Shown one piece after another: positions 7,533 to 16,500 of a stretch of DNA of 32,000 bases. Below the pieces are notes generated by a model, which saw only the letters and a list, made by a program, of their open reading frames with translations, searched no databases and was not told the origin of the DNA. The translations under genes were made by a program, and so were the position numbers. Numbering within the stretch: the stretch's first letter is position 1; each line of letters starts with the position of its first letter. Location: contig JBAYVT010000001.1 of assembly GCA_041674405.1 (NCBI GenBank), positions 180,001 through 212,000 of the forward strand, in the 5' to 3' direction. The DNA comes from Patescibacteria group bacterium (GTDB lineage Bacteria; Patescibacteriota; UBA1384; XYA2-FULL-43-10).

Positions 7533-8633
7533 CTAATATATGAATCCTCGAATCGCGCCTTCACCGGCAGATATTGTGCGGCGGCTGACTACACCCCATC
7601 CGGCATAATTCATCTCGGAAATCGTGAGTGAGTTTCCATTTACACTTTCGACATATGCAACATGTCCCCACCAAGATTCAGAGGTAACTACAATCGCGCC
7701 AACAGCCGGGGTTGAACCAGTAGACATTCCGCGTGATCGAGCCGAAGAAAGCCAGTTCTTGGCATTTCCCATGCTGGTCGGCATTGACCGGCGAGTTGCC
7801 ACATAATATGTGCAGTATCCATAAGGATAGCCGTTGTTTCGGCTGCCGGCTGGATGGCTAATCGAGGTTGTTTTACTTCTGCTTGAGCTCGAGGAACGAT
7901 TAACGGTGCTTCTGGAAGCTACGGCAAGCTTTGCCTGCTGAGCCGCATATGCGGAATCGGAAACCTCATAACCGGCTTGTGGAATTTTGATGGTTTGGCC
8001 AGGCTTAATAAGGTCGGAGCTACCCATATTGTTTACATATTTAATTGAAGCTAACCTAACACCAAATTTCCAGCCCAAACCAGTAAGTGTATCACCGGAT
8101 CGAACGGTATATTGCACAGATCCACTTGAGTTATCAGGCAAAGGTTCTTCTCGAGCAGTGATATTGGTATCAACGGTGGTTTTTACTTCTGTAAACGATT
8201 GGCTTGATGCCAAATACGCTTTTTCCACATTGACATGCCCGTCTGGAATCAGCGGCGTATATTGATCTACAGAAGCAGCTACAGCGATTTCTTGCTCCGG
8301 TTCAGCAGGAACAAGGGAATCGGAATTTTTTGCCCTTGCTTGCACCACAAAGTTTGAACCAACCACGATTAGAGTAAGAGCAGTTACAACAGCGTGCGGA
8401 AGATATTCCGAAATTATTCCGGTTTTCTGCATTTTTTTGAAAGCAGAAATATTCTGCCCACAAAAAATAGCAGTAGCCTTGTAACCGGTCGCTGCTAGCT
8501 TTTTGGCTTTCGCCAATTCGTCAAAATATTTATTTAAATGGTTTTTAGTTTTGGAAAGTTTTAAAGTAAAATTTTTGATTTTTGAGTTTCCGCTACGTTT
8601 ATGCGGCGGTTCTACGTCATCTTGTAAAATCAT
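7533..8633 (-). CDS. Peptidoglycan hydrolase with TM anchor, LysM domain and C-terminal CHAP domain
   Basis: LysM 'YTVRSGDTLTGLGWKFGVRLASIKYVNNM...IKPGQTIKIP'. CHAP-like C-terminus 'GYPYGYCTYYVATRR...GHVAYVESVNGN' (catalytic Cys/His pattern). SD AGGAAA lies before the ATG. Confidence 0.85.
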   Translation of the reverse strand: MILQDDVEPPHKRSGNSKIKNFTLKLSKTKNHLNKYFDELAKAKKLAATGYKATAIFCGQNISAFKKMQKTGIISEYLPHAVVTALTLIVVGSNFVVQARAKNSDSLVPAEPEQEIAVAASVDQYTPLIPDGHVNVEKAYLASSQSFTEVKTTVDTNITAREEPLPDNSSGSVQYTVRSGDTLTGLGWKFGVRLASIKYVNNMGSSDLIKPGQTIKIPQAGYEVSDSAYAAQQAKLAVASRSTVNRSSSSSRSKTTSISHPAGSRNNGYPYGYCTYYVATRRSMPTSMGNAKNWLSSARSRGMSTGSTPAVGAIVVTSESWWGHVAYVESVNGNSLTISEMNYAGWGVVSRRTISAGEGAIRGFIY

Positions 8634-8656
8634 TGTGTTTTCCTACAACGTTAACC

Positions 8657-8684
8657 ATTATATACAAGCCTCGAATTTTGTCAA
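8657..8684 (-). promoter_or_regulatory. Near-consensus promoter for the LysM-CHAP gene
   Basis: Minus strand: TTGACA (8684->8679), 16-nt spacer, TATAAT (8662->8657). It overlaps the hairpin CAAGCCT...AGGCTTG that may terminate cdaR. Confidence 0.6.
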
Positions 8685-8704
8685 GGCTTGAATAAAAAGT
8701 TCTA

Positions 8705-9934
8705 TTATTTGTTGGCTAGCACAACAGAAATTGAGGAAGGAGAAACTGAATTTACCGTCACTCCCTGTGGAACTTTTATATCAGAAGCATTAATATCATA
8801 AGAATATGTGCCGGAGGGTTTGCCTGAAAAATCGATAGACAACGACACGTCACCCGCACCGAGATTATTGATCTCCGACTGAGGCCCAGAAACGACCGCA
8901 TTTATTGCTTGGGGCGTAAAACTAAAATTCAGATTGTTTAAGTTTAAGGGAATAATTGTAACCGGCATTTGCCGTGTAATTATGTTTTCTGATGCAACAA
9001 TATTTACCTTAACAGAGGCGACCTGTCCGGGATCAAGCGCGATTCCATCAGGAATCACAATACTTGCGGTTTTATCCGTTGACCCGTTAAGCCCGCTAAC
9101 ATCTATCAGGCTGGTCTCAAGAAAACTTAAGGCTAGAAGGGCAGACTCTGACCCCGTTACATCCACCGTGTTTGGGAGAACGCTCACCTTTGAGATATAA
9201 AAACCATCTTGCGGATTTCCGATAATTTTCGGCCTTATGCCTACGGTTTTATTGTTTCCAGCCCTTACCATAGACACGGAAACTTTGATATCCATCGGAT
9301 TGAATACAACATTTGTAATTTCATTGCCCTGGTCGTCAAAAGCCTGGACTTTGATGGTTTTTTCAAAATTATTTGCTTCCCCAGAAAGCCCAATGACTAC
9401 AACTCCCTCTGAGATCCCTTCTACAATGCTCTTCGGGCCAGAAACAACAACACTTTCGGGATCATAAGTAACATCACCCACAACCATGCCCTCGGCCGGA
9501 GAACCTTGAATTTTTCTATTTACATTGATGGTTTTATTGATGGATGGTTCTAGGCTGACCATAATTTTGTCGGGTGTTTTTTTGACAATTTGAACTCCCT
9601 CCACCGTGCTGATCACACTTATGGGTAGGTTGTATGTTCCCTCAGACAAGCCGGTTAAATCCACGGTGGCGCGGAAAGAATCAGCAGAAAGCTTGTTCCA
9701 AACAGCTGGTTCCGCAGATATTTGAATCTCAACTTCTTTTTCATCATATATGGGTATGAGCCCTGTCTGAATATTTTCGGCTTTGATCGAAATTTTTGAA
9801 GGAAATTTGCCGGTGGTGCTTTGTCCTGACGCAACATAAACCCACAGCACCAGCGCGGCAAGAATACATATTAGCTTCACCGGCCAATCTGATAGTATAT
9901 ACCTTTTGATAAATTTTCGAGGTTTGAATTTCAT
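8705..9934 (-). CDS. cdaR: YbbR-domain protein, CdaA regulatory protein CdaR
   Basis: 409 aa with an N-terminal TM helix and repeated beta-rich YbbR-like modules. The start ATG abuts the cdaA stop (TAGATG), which is the conserved cdaA-cdaR arrangement. Confidence 0.8.
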   Translation of the reverse strand: MKFKPRKFIKRYILSDWPVKLICILAALVLWVYVASGQSTTGKFPSKISIKAENIQTGLIPIYDEKEVEIQISAEPAVWNKLSADSFRATVDLTGLSEGTYNLPISVISTVEGVQIVKKTPDKIMVSLEPSINKTINVNRKIQGSPAEGMVVGDVTYDPESVVVSGPKSIVEGISEGVVVIGLSGEANNFEKTIKVQAFDDQGNEITNVVFNPMDIKVSVSMVRAGNNKTVGIRPKIIGNPQDGFYISKVSVLPNTVDVTGSESALLALSFLETSLIDVSGLNGSTDKTASIVIPDGIALDPGQVASVKVNIVASENIITRQMPVTIIPLNLNNLNFSFTPQAINAVVSGPQSEINNLGAGDVSLSIDFSGKPSGTYSYDINASDIKVPQGVTVNSVSPSSISVVLANK

Positions 9935-10744
9935 CTACTTTCCACTCCTCAGAAGTGATCTTAAACGATTTTCTAGCCGGTCGCTGCCGATTCTTCTCTC
10001 AATCGCCCCATCCGCAGCAAGTGAAACATTGCCAGTTTCCTCCGACACAATTACAGATACCGCATCAGAATTTTCGGTTATTCCAAGACCAGCCCGATGT
10101 CTTGTTCCCATTTTTGATGATGCCTCAAAATCGGATACTGGCAGGGTAACCGATGCGGCAACTATTTTCGATCCGGAAATTATGACGGCTCCATCGTGCA
10201 GCGGGGATCGAGGAAAAAATATCGAAAGGAGTAACTCGGCGGATACTACGGCATCTAGCTCGGCCCCTCGTTCAATATATTCCCGAAGACCGGTTTTGCG
10301 CTGAAAAACGATCAAAGCGCCAATTTTTTGTTTGGACAAAATATCTACCGCCGCAAGAACTTCGTTCACTACATTAAGCTGTGTACCGCGGCCAAAATCT
10401 TTGATAAATCTGGTCCGGCCAAGCCGCTCAAGGGCGTTTCGAAGCTCGGGCTGGAAAACAATTGGAATTGCAACAACAAGCATCGCCATAATATATTGGA
10501 GAATCCAATTTAATAGTACCAGATTCATTAATCTGCCAATCAACATAAGAGCTAGGAGAAAAAATAGGCCATAGAGGATTCTCATCGCTCGCGTTTCTCG
10601 CAGAAAAATATAAGCCCAATAAAAAAGAACCGTCACTATAAACACATCGAGAATTATGAGAGGCCACGAAGTAGCATGGAGGTTCTCAAAAAAATAACTA
10701 GCCTTTGATGTAACACTTAGGACTTGACCAGACATTGAATCCAC
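9935..10744 (-). CDS. cdaA: Diadenylate cyclase CdaA (DisA_N/DAC domain, 3 TM helices)
   Basis: DAC motifs 'LHDGAVII' and 'GTRHRAGLGITENSDAVSVIVSEETGNVSLA', with three N-terminal TM helices. GTG start at 10744 with AGAGGGA 7 nt upstream; an alternative ATG is at 10735. Confidence 0.93.
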   Translation of the reverse strand: MDSMSGQVLSVTSKASYFFENLHATSWPLIILDVFIVTVLFYWAYIFLRETRAMRILYGLFFLLALMLIGRLMNLVLLNWILQYIMAMLVVAIPIVFQPELRNALERLGRTRFIKDFGRGTQLNVVNEVLAAVDILSKQKIGALIVFQRKTGLREYIERGAELDAVVSAELLLSIFFPRSPLHDGAVIISGSKIVAASVTLPVSDFEASSKMGTRHRAGLGITENSDAVSVIVSEETGNVSLAADGAIERRIGSDRLENRLRSLLRSGK

Positions 10745-10782
10745 TGAAAAATCCCTCTGTTGTAATAAATGAATACACTATC

Positions 10783-10810
10783 ATTTTACCACAAGCAGAA
10801 TTTGATGCAA
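10783..10810 (-). promoter_or_regulatory. Candidate cdaA promoter (extended -10)
   Basis: Minus strand: TTGCAT (10810->10805), 16-nt spacer ending in TGG, TAAAAT (10788->10783). It starts 13 nt after the 3' end of the ribozyme motif. Confidence 0.5.
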
Positions 10811-10823
10811 AAAATACGGGTAG

Positions 10824-10878
10824 ACCCCTTTCGTCGTAATTTTCAACGACTCATCAGAACACTTATGTGTTGAGGGGT
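10824..10878 (-). ncRNA. Type III hammerhead ribozyme motif
   Basis: Minus strand 5'-ACCCC UC^AACAC AUAA GUGUU CUGAUGA GUCGU UGAAAAUU ACGAC GAAA GGGGU-3'. Both conserved core strands are present, along with G10.1:C11.1, A15.1:U16.1 and an NUH triplet (CUC). There are three perfect helices: I and II are capped and III is open. Predicted cleavage is between 10872 and 10871. Confidence 0.8.
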
Positions 10879-10910
10879 GGACGAACAGCAAATGTCCGCC
10901 CCGGGCAGGC

Positions 10911-11402
10911 TTAGGCCTCCTCCATGACCTGAGCCAGAGTCAGAAACTCCTTGTCCCGACTAAACGACTCGAATCCCATCGGGACATCATTCTCCCGCCG
11001 CAGCTTAAGTACGCCGTGGCGTTCGAGAGCCACACCCATGGTGACGGCAAGGTCGCACAAGGCTACGGCATCTTCCCCCTTGCAAACCCCGAAGTCCACC
11101 ATGAAGCTTCTCGTGACCAGCTCACACAGCGTGAAGCAGCACTCCGTGCTTGGCTGGCCCCACTCTTCCAGTGTCGGCCTCGGATGTTCTGCCGCCGCCT
11201 CCGGCTTTTGCACCTTGTGGCGTGCTGCAAAATCATCGAGGATTCCGACAATCTTCTCCCAGTCTGCCACATCTTCCGCACGGGAAGATTCTTTCAGTGG
11301 CAGAAGTGAGAGATAGATACTTGCCAGCAGCCCCTCGAACTCTTCATACCTGAAGTCGGTGTGGGGCATCGTCCCGACATTCAGTTGGGCTTCTTCGCCC
11401 AT
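10911..11402 (-). CDS. Orphan acidic protein, 163 aa, 5 Cys, no recognisable family
   Basis: ORF track 10911..11423. I prefer ATG-11402 because AAGGAG (11417->11412) lies 9 nt upstream. It is the longest ORF in the island, its composition is protein-like (E/L/A/D-rich), and G/C-ending codons (for example CTG Leu) contrast with neighbouring genes. Confidence 0.7.
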   Translation of the reverse strand: MGEEAQLNVGTMPHTDFRYEEFEGLLASIYLSLLPLKESSRAEDVADWEKIVGILDDFAARHKVQKPEAAAEHPRPTLEEWGQPSTECCFTLCELVTRSFMVDFGVCKGEDAVALCDLAVTMGVALERHGVLKLRRENDVPMGFESFSRDKEFLTLAQVMEEA

Positions 11403-11439
11403 TGGGCACCACTCCTTTATCACTCGAGTTTCGCACTAG

Positions 11440-11468
11440 ACAATACAAGATTTATCCTTTAATGTCAA
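11440..11468 (-). promoter_or_regulatory. Near-consensus promoter driving the GC-rich ORF
   Basis: Minus strand: TTGACA (11468->11463), 17-nt spacer, TATTGT (11445->11440). The predicted 5' UTR is about 30 nt and contains the SD. Confidence 0.55.
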
Positions 11469-11493
11469 GGATCAATCAGTAATTCAGACTAAT

Positions 11494-11521
11494 AAAAAAG
11501 ATCGAGAACTCGATCTTTTTT
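11494..11521 (-). terminator. Intrinsic terminator of infB (bidirectional form)
   Basis: AAAAAAGATCG-agaact-CGATCTTTTTT lies 26 nt downstream of the infB stop, with A/T runs on both sides. Confidence 0.75.
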
Positions 11522-11546
11522 ATTATTTCCGAAAAGATATTATTTG

Positions 11547-13448
11547 TTATTCTATCGTTCTGGGTTTTTCGATAGTTTTGAAAATGATAATTTTATCACC
11601 TACAGCAATCTTTGCTCCGGCATCCGCACCAAATCCAAACTCAATTCCGGCATCAACTTCTTTAACCTCGTCCTTTTCTCTTCGCAATGAGAGAATTTTT
11701 CCTCGCCACTTTTCATTGTCATTTTGGAAAACCTTGATTTCATTTCCAATGGCAGCTTTTCCACCATCAAGCCTTGCGCCAGCAACTACACCTTTCTTGT
11801 CATCACGGAATATTGCCAAAATCTCGCCGCCTCCAAGCTCATCTTCAATAATTTCTGGAGGAAGCATACCAGAAAGTGCCCCCTTAACATCTTCAATAAG
11901 TTTATAAATAACATCATACAGCTCTACTGGGATCTTTTCTTTTTCAGCAATTTTTAGAGCTGCCTGAAGCACTTTGACTCGAAAACCAATAATGATTGCT
12001 TTGGTCGCCTTAGCAAATGTAATATCTGATTCTGAAATCGTGCCAATTCCTTCGGATACGACATTCATTTTAATTTCTTGGGTATCGATTTCGTTAAATG
12101 ACTTCTTGATTGCTTGTAGCGATCCGTTTACATCTGCCTTTAGAACAATGTTTAATTCCTTGGATTTTCCAGTGGCAATATCGTCCGCCACCTCCTCAAT
12201 TCCAACTTTTTGTGCCGTAGCAACATGAGCAATACTTATGCTTTCTTTGATCTGCGATGCTGCTTCCCTTGCTTCTTTTTCATTGTCGTAAGCAATTAAT
12301 TTGTCACCAAAAGTCGGCAATGATTTTAATCCGGCAACTCGGGCTGGAAAGCTTGGTGGAGCTGATTTGATTGGCCTTCCTTGATAATCTTCCAATATTC
12401 TAACCTTACCCCATGACGAGCCTATCTGGACGGGATCACCGACTTTCAAGGTACCATTTTCGATAAGCGCAAGCGCCAGTGCTCCGGCTCCTTTATGCAT
12501 ATGTGATTCGATAACCACTCCGACAGCCTTGTCAGAAGGATTAGCTTTTAGTTCCATAAGATCAGCTTGCAGTAAAATAAGCTCAAGTAAATTATCAATG
12601 CCAATGCCAGTTTTCGCTGAAACCTCTACCATCGGTGTTTTACCGCCCCATTCCTCTGGAACAAGTTCATATTCGGAGAGCTGTTGTTTAACTTTCATTA
12701 CATCAGCATCAGGCAGGTCAATCTTATTGATGGCGACAATCACCGGCACATGATGAAGCTTGATTTGTTCGATCACTTCCTGCGTTTGCGGCATAACTCC
12801 GTCGTTGGCCGCAACAATAAGAACGACTATGTCCGTAATTGCCGCTCCATGGCTTCGAAGGGCCGAAAAGGCTGCATGTCCAGGAGTGTCAATAAATGTG
12901 ATAGTGCGATTTTTAATGCCACTTTTTACCTTGTTTAGCGTGACTTGATAAGCAGAAATGTGCTGGGTAATTCCGCCTGATTCACCCTCGGCGACATGTG
13001 CCTCTCGGATTTTATCCAAAAGTGAAGTCTTGCCATGATCGACATGTCCCATAATAGTTACGACTGGTGGGCGAATTTCGGATCCCTCGGATGAGATTTC
13101 AATCTTTGCCTTTTCTTGCGATTCTACCGGGTTTTCTTCTTCCTTTTCCTTCACACTGATTCCAAGATCATCCGCAATGATAGCCGCTGTTTCAAAATCA
13201 ATTGTTTGGTTAATATTGGCCAATATGCCGTTTTTCATCAGTTCAGAAATAATGCTAGTTACAGGCAAGCCGGTTACGACGGCAAAATCTTTAACCGTAA
13301 TGACCGCAGGAATTAATATTTCTCCCCTACTCTCCCTAGTGGCTGTTTCCTGCATTTCAGGAATATTATTTTGGGTAGCAAAAGAGCGGCGATTCTGCGC
13401 CCGCTTTTTTTTGTCGCTCTTTTTTTGTGGATATCGTTTCTTTTGCAT
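11547..13448 (-). CDS. infB: Translation initiation factor IF-2
   Basis: 633 aa with a basic N-terminus, a GTPase domain 'GHVDHGKTSLLD', 'DTPGH' and 'NKID', and the C-terminal IF-2 domains. Confidence 0.97.
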   Translation of the reverse strand: MQKKRYPQKKSDKKKRAQNRRSFATQNNIPEMQETATRESRGEILIPAVITVKDFAVVTGLPVTSIISELMKNGILANINQTIDFETAAIIADDLGISVKEKEEENPVESQEKAKIEISSEGSEIRPPVVTIMGHVDHGKTSLLDKIREAHVAEGESGGITQHISAYQVTLNKVKSGIKNRTITFIDTPGHAAFSALRSHGAAITDIVVLIVAANDGVMPQTQEVIEQIKLHHVPVIVAINKIDLPDADVMKVKQQLSEYELVPEEWGGKTPMVEVSAKTGIGIDNLLELILLQADLMELKANPSDKAVGVVIESHMHKGAGALALALIENGTLKVGDPVQIGSSWGKVRILEDYQGRPIKSAPPSFPARVAGLKSLPTFGDKLIAYDNEKEAREAASQIKESISIAHVATAQKVGIEEVADDIATGKSKELNIVLKADVNGSLQAIKKSFNEIDTQEIKMNVVSEGIGTISESDITFAKATKAIIIGFRVKVLQAALKIAEKEKIPVELYDVIYKLIEDVKGALSGMLPPEIIEDELGGGEILAIFRDDKKGVVAGARLDGGKAAIGNEIKVFQNDNEKWRGKILSLRREKDEVKEVDAGIEFGFGADAGAKIAVGDKIIIFKTIEKPRTIE

Positions 13449-13573
13449 TTTTAAAAGCGAAAATTACCCTTTTACGCTCACTAAGAATAGCACACTTAAC
13501 CACTCTTCGCAACGAAGAGCAAACACAACATGTTTAGATCCTAGTATCGAGTAAAATAATTAGATATTTGACA

Positions 13574-16500
13574 CTAGTTATACAACCCTTTTTGCTTACC
13601 CCAGTAGTTTGGCTCATCATCCTTTTTTATTGAAGGAACCTTTTTGATCGTAAACCCAGCTTCAACTGATTTTTCCTCGTTTTTTTCTTCCCTTACTTTC
13701 ACCTCTGCTGTTTCTTTGTAATTATGGATTTCTGGAATAATTGTTTTCGAAGAATTTGATTTTTCTTCTGGCTGTTTTGTTGATTTTGTCTCCGGCACTT
13801 TTGGCTCCTTGTAGGATTTAATCTTTAATTCCGCAGCCGGATCATTCTTTTCATCTTTTTCTGCAGCTCTTTTTTCAACACTTTGCGAATTGGCAACTTC
13901 TTTTGAAGAATTATTTTTCGACTCATCGGATGATTTTGTTTCTTCTTGTGGCTTAATATCTAATTTTGGCGGTTTTCCATTATCCAGCGGAAGCTGACTG
14001 CTATCTCCTTCGTCTTCATCATTCGGCAAAATCAGGGCAACAGACGCAACCTTATCTCCTCCCTTTAATCTCATGAGCGTAACGCCCTGAGTGTCTCGGC
14101 CCAAACGTTTAATATCTTTAAGTGCCATTCTTATAAACTGGCCTTTGTTTGAAGCAAGGACAACATCTCCTTCATCAGAATAGGTAATATGCATACCGAT
14201 TACGTTACCAGTTTTCGGAGTGCAGTTAGCGGCTTTTATTCCCATTCCTCCGCGTTTCTGCAAGTGGAAATGTTTCAGCATTGTGCGTTTTCCAAATCCA
14301 TTTTCAAGAACAATTAGCATATCCGGCCCAGTATATTTGGTGATTGTTTCGTCAAATATACCCGCAAATTTGCTATGAATAACATCCATCGACATCACAT
14401 TATCGGAAGCCTTGAGCCTCACTCCGGTTACGCCGCTTGCAGATCGTCCCATTGGCCTGGCATCAGTTTCGTTATAGCAGATTGCAAGGCCTTTTTCAGA
14501 GACCTCGACAATCGTGTCGTTGCCAGAAGTTGCCTTAACCCATTTAAGCTCATCGCCAGATTTCAAGCCGATTGCAACAATGCCGGTTTTTCTTATATTG
14601 TCATACTTTTCAATTTCTGTACGCTTGATTTGGCCGTTTTTGGTCCCCATGACAAAGAATTTCATGCCGTCTTTTACTTGCGGGACAGTCAAAATTGAAG
14701 TTACTTTTTCAGTTGGACCAAGCTGGATTATGTTTACTACCGGTGTGCCTTTTGACTGGCGTGAAGTTGCCGGAAGTTCATAGACCTTACTCTTGAACAC
14801 GCGCCCTTGGTTGGTAAAAAAGTATATATCATCATGAGTATATGAGCACACCAGATAATCAACAATATCCTCTTCCTTGGTCGTCATCCCAACTACACCA
14901 ACACCGCCACGGACTTGTTTCCTGTACGTCCCAACCTCTTGGCGCTTAATGTAGTTGCCTCGGGAGAGAGAAACAATTACTTGTTCGTTCGGGATTAAAT
15001 CTTCAGCAGAGAATGATCCGAGGGCATGCGGAACGACAACTGTTCTTCTGCCGTCGCCGTATTTTTCTTTAACTTCAGAAAGATCATCTTTGATAAGCCC
15101 AAGAATTTTTTCGGGATGAGCAAGAATATCCTCAAGATGAGCAATCCTCTTCATAATTTCGGCAAGCTCATCTTCGATTCTCTTTCTCTCAAGAGCTGCT
15201 AATGCCGAAAGCCTCATGTCCAGAATAGCGTCAGCTTGTTTTTCGGAAAGCTCAAACCTTTTTATCAAATTTATTTTTGCCGCATCACGGGTTTCGGATT
15301 CTTTTATTGTCTTGATAACCTCATCGATATTATCAAGAGCAATTTTCAAGCCTTCTAAAATATGAGCCCTATCTTTGGCACGATTAAGCTCATATTCACT
15401 GCGCCTAGTAATTACTTCTTTCCGGTGTTCAATATAATAACCAAGCACATCTTTGAGTGACATCACCCTTGGTTCAAGATCGGGAGTTAAGGCAAGCAAA
15501 TTTACATGAAATGCCGTCTGCATGCTTGTAAGCTCAAATAGGCGGTTTAAAACCTTATTTGGATAAGCACTGCCCTTGAGCTCAACCACAACCCTGACCC
15601 CGCGGCGGTCTGATTCGTCTCGAAGGTCAGAAATTCCATCAATTTTTTTCAGCTTTACAAGTTCAGCAATTTTCTCGATCAAAGTTGCTTTATTTACCTG
15701 ATATGGAATTTCCGTGATCACGATACGGAAGCCGCGCTTCGCTTCTTCGATCTCAGCTTTTGCCCGCATCATAATGCGGCCCTTGCCGGTCGCATATGCT
15801 GTTTTGATATCTTCAATATTGTAGATATTTCCGCCAGTTGGAAAATCTGGCCCTTTTATAAATTCCATGAGATCATCAACAGTTGCTTCAGAATTATCAA
15901 TCAAATGTATGACACCATCACACAATTCTCCCAAATTGTGAGGTGGAATATTGGTTGCCATGCCAACGGCAATTCCCATGGAACCGTTCAACAATAGTTG
16001 CGGAATTCTTGCCGGTAATACCATTGGTTCCTGTGTCGAGCCATCATAGTTATCTTGCCAGTTGACGGTATCTTTATCGATATCAAGAAGCATTTCTTCT
16101 GCAATTGCGCTCATACGGCACTCAGTATATCGCATTGCAGCAGCAGAATCGCCATCCATAGAGCCAAAGTTTCCCTGGCCATCAATCATAGGATAACGCA
16201 TTGAAAAATCTTGAGCTAAACGCACCAAGCTATCATAAACCGCTAAATCGCCGTGTGGATGAAAATTACCAAGTACCTCACCCACGACTTTTGCCGATTT
16301 GCGGTATTTCACATTGTGGCGAAGCCCCGTTGAATACATGGCATATAATACGCGGCGGTGAACCGGTTTCAGGCCATCGCGAACATCAGGCAGTGCCCGA
16401 GAAACAATAACACTCATAGCATAATCGAGATATGAGACTTGCATTTCTTCTATCAATGACCGCGGTTTTAAAAGGCCAAATTCACTCTTGATTTCTTCCT

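Larger units (their letters stand above)
10811..11470 (-). other. GC-rich single-gene cassette (promoter, SD, orphan ORF, hammerhead motif) of apparently foreign composition
   Basis: Hand counts give 37/60 G+C (11041-11100) and 31/60 (11221-11280) inside the cassette. Flanking genes give 25/60 in cdaA (10561-10620) and 24/60 in infB (11581-11640). Long spurious ORFs occur in several frames, which is typical of GC-rich coding DNA. Confidence 0.75.

Noticed and set aside
10951-11353. Plus-strand ORFs of 121, 97 and 67 aa, and a 72-aa minus-strand ORF, inside the GC-rich island
   Set aside because: They are antisense or out of frame to the longer 163-aa ORF. They are Ser/Arg/Pro/Thr-rich, as expected for non-coding frames of GC-rich DNA. 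They have no SD or promoter. Long spurious ORFs are a normal by-product of high GC.
11403-11423. Upstream alternative starts proposed by the ORF track here, and likewise at 7323-7355 (obg), 5903-5953, 24027-24080, 26188-26226 and 22288-22308
   Set aside because: In each case an internal ATG is preceded by a clear SD and/or gives the canonical family N-terminus. The longer versions overlap neighbouring genes or promoters.
10896-11430. SmaI-type CCCGGG just after the ORF stop and XhoI-type CTCGAG just before the SD, as evidence of an engineered cassette
   Set aside because: Two 6-bp palindromes can easily occur by chance, especially in GC-rich DNA. On their own they do not demonstrate cloning. 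The artefact possibility is kept as an alternative under the cassette finding rather than asserted.
10780-11500. Target-site duplications, terminal inverted repeats or att-like repeats flanking the GC-rich island
   Set aside because: By eye I found no direct or inverted repeat of 8 bp or more shared by the two flanks. I therefore do not call it a transposon, IS or integrative element.
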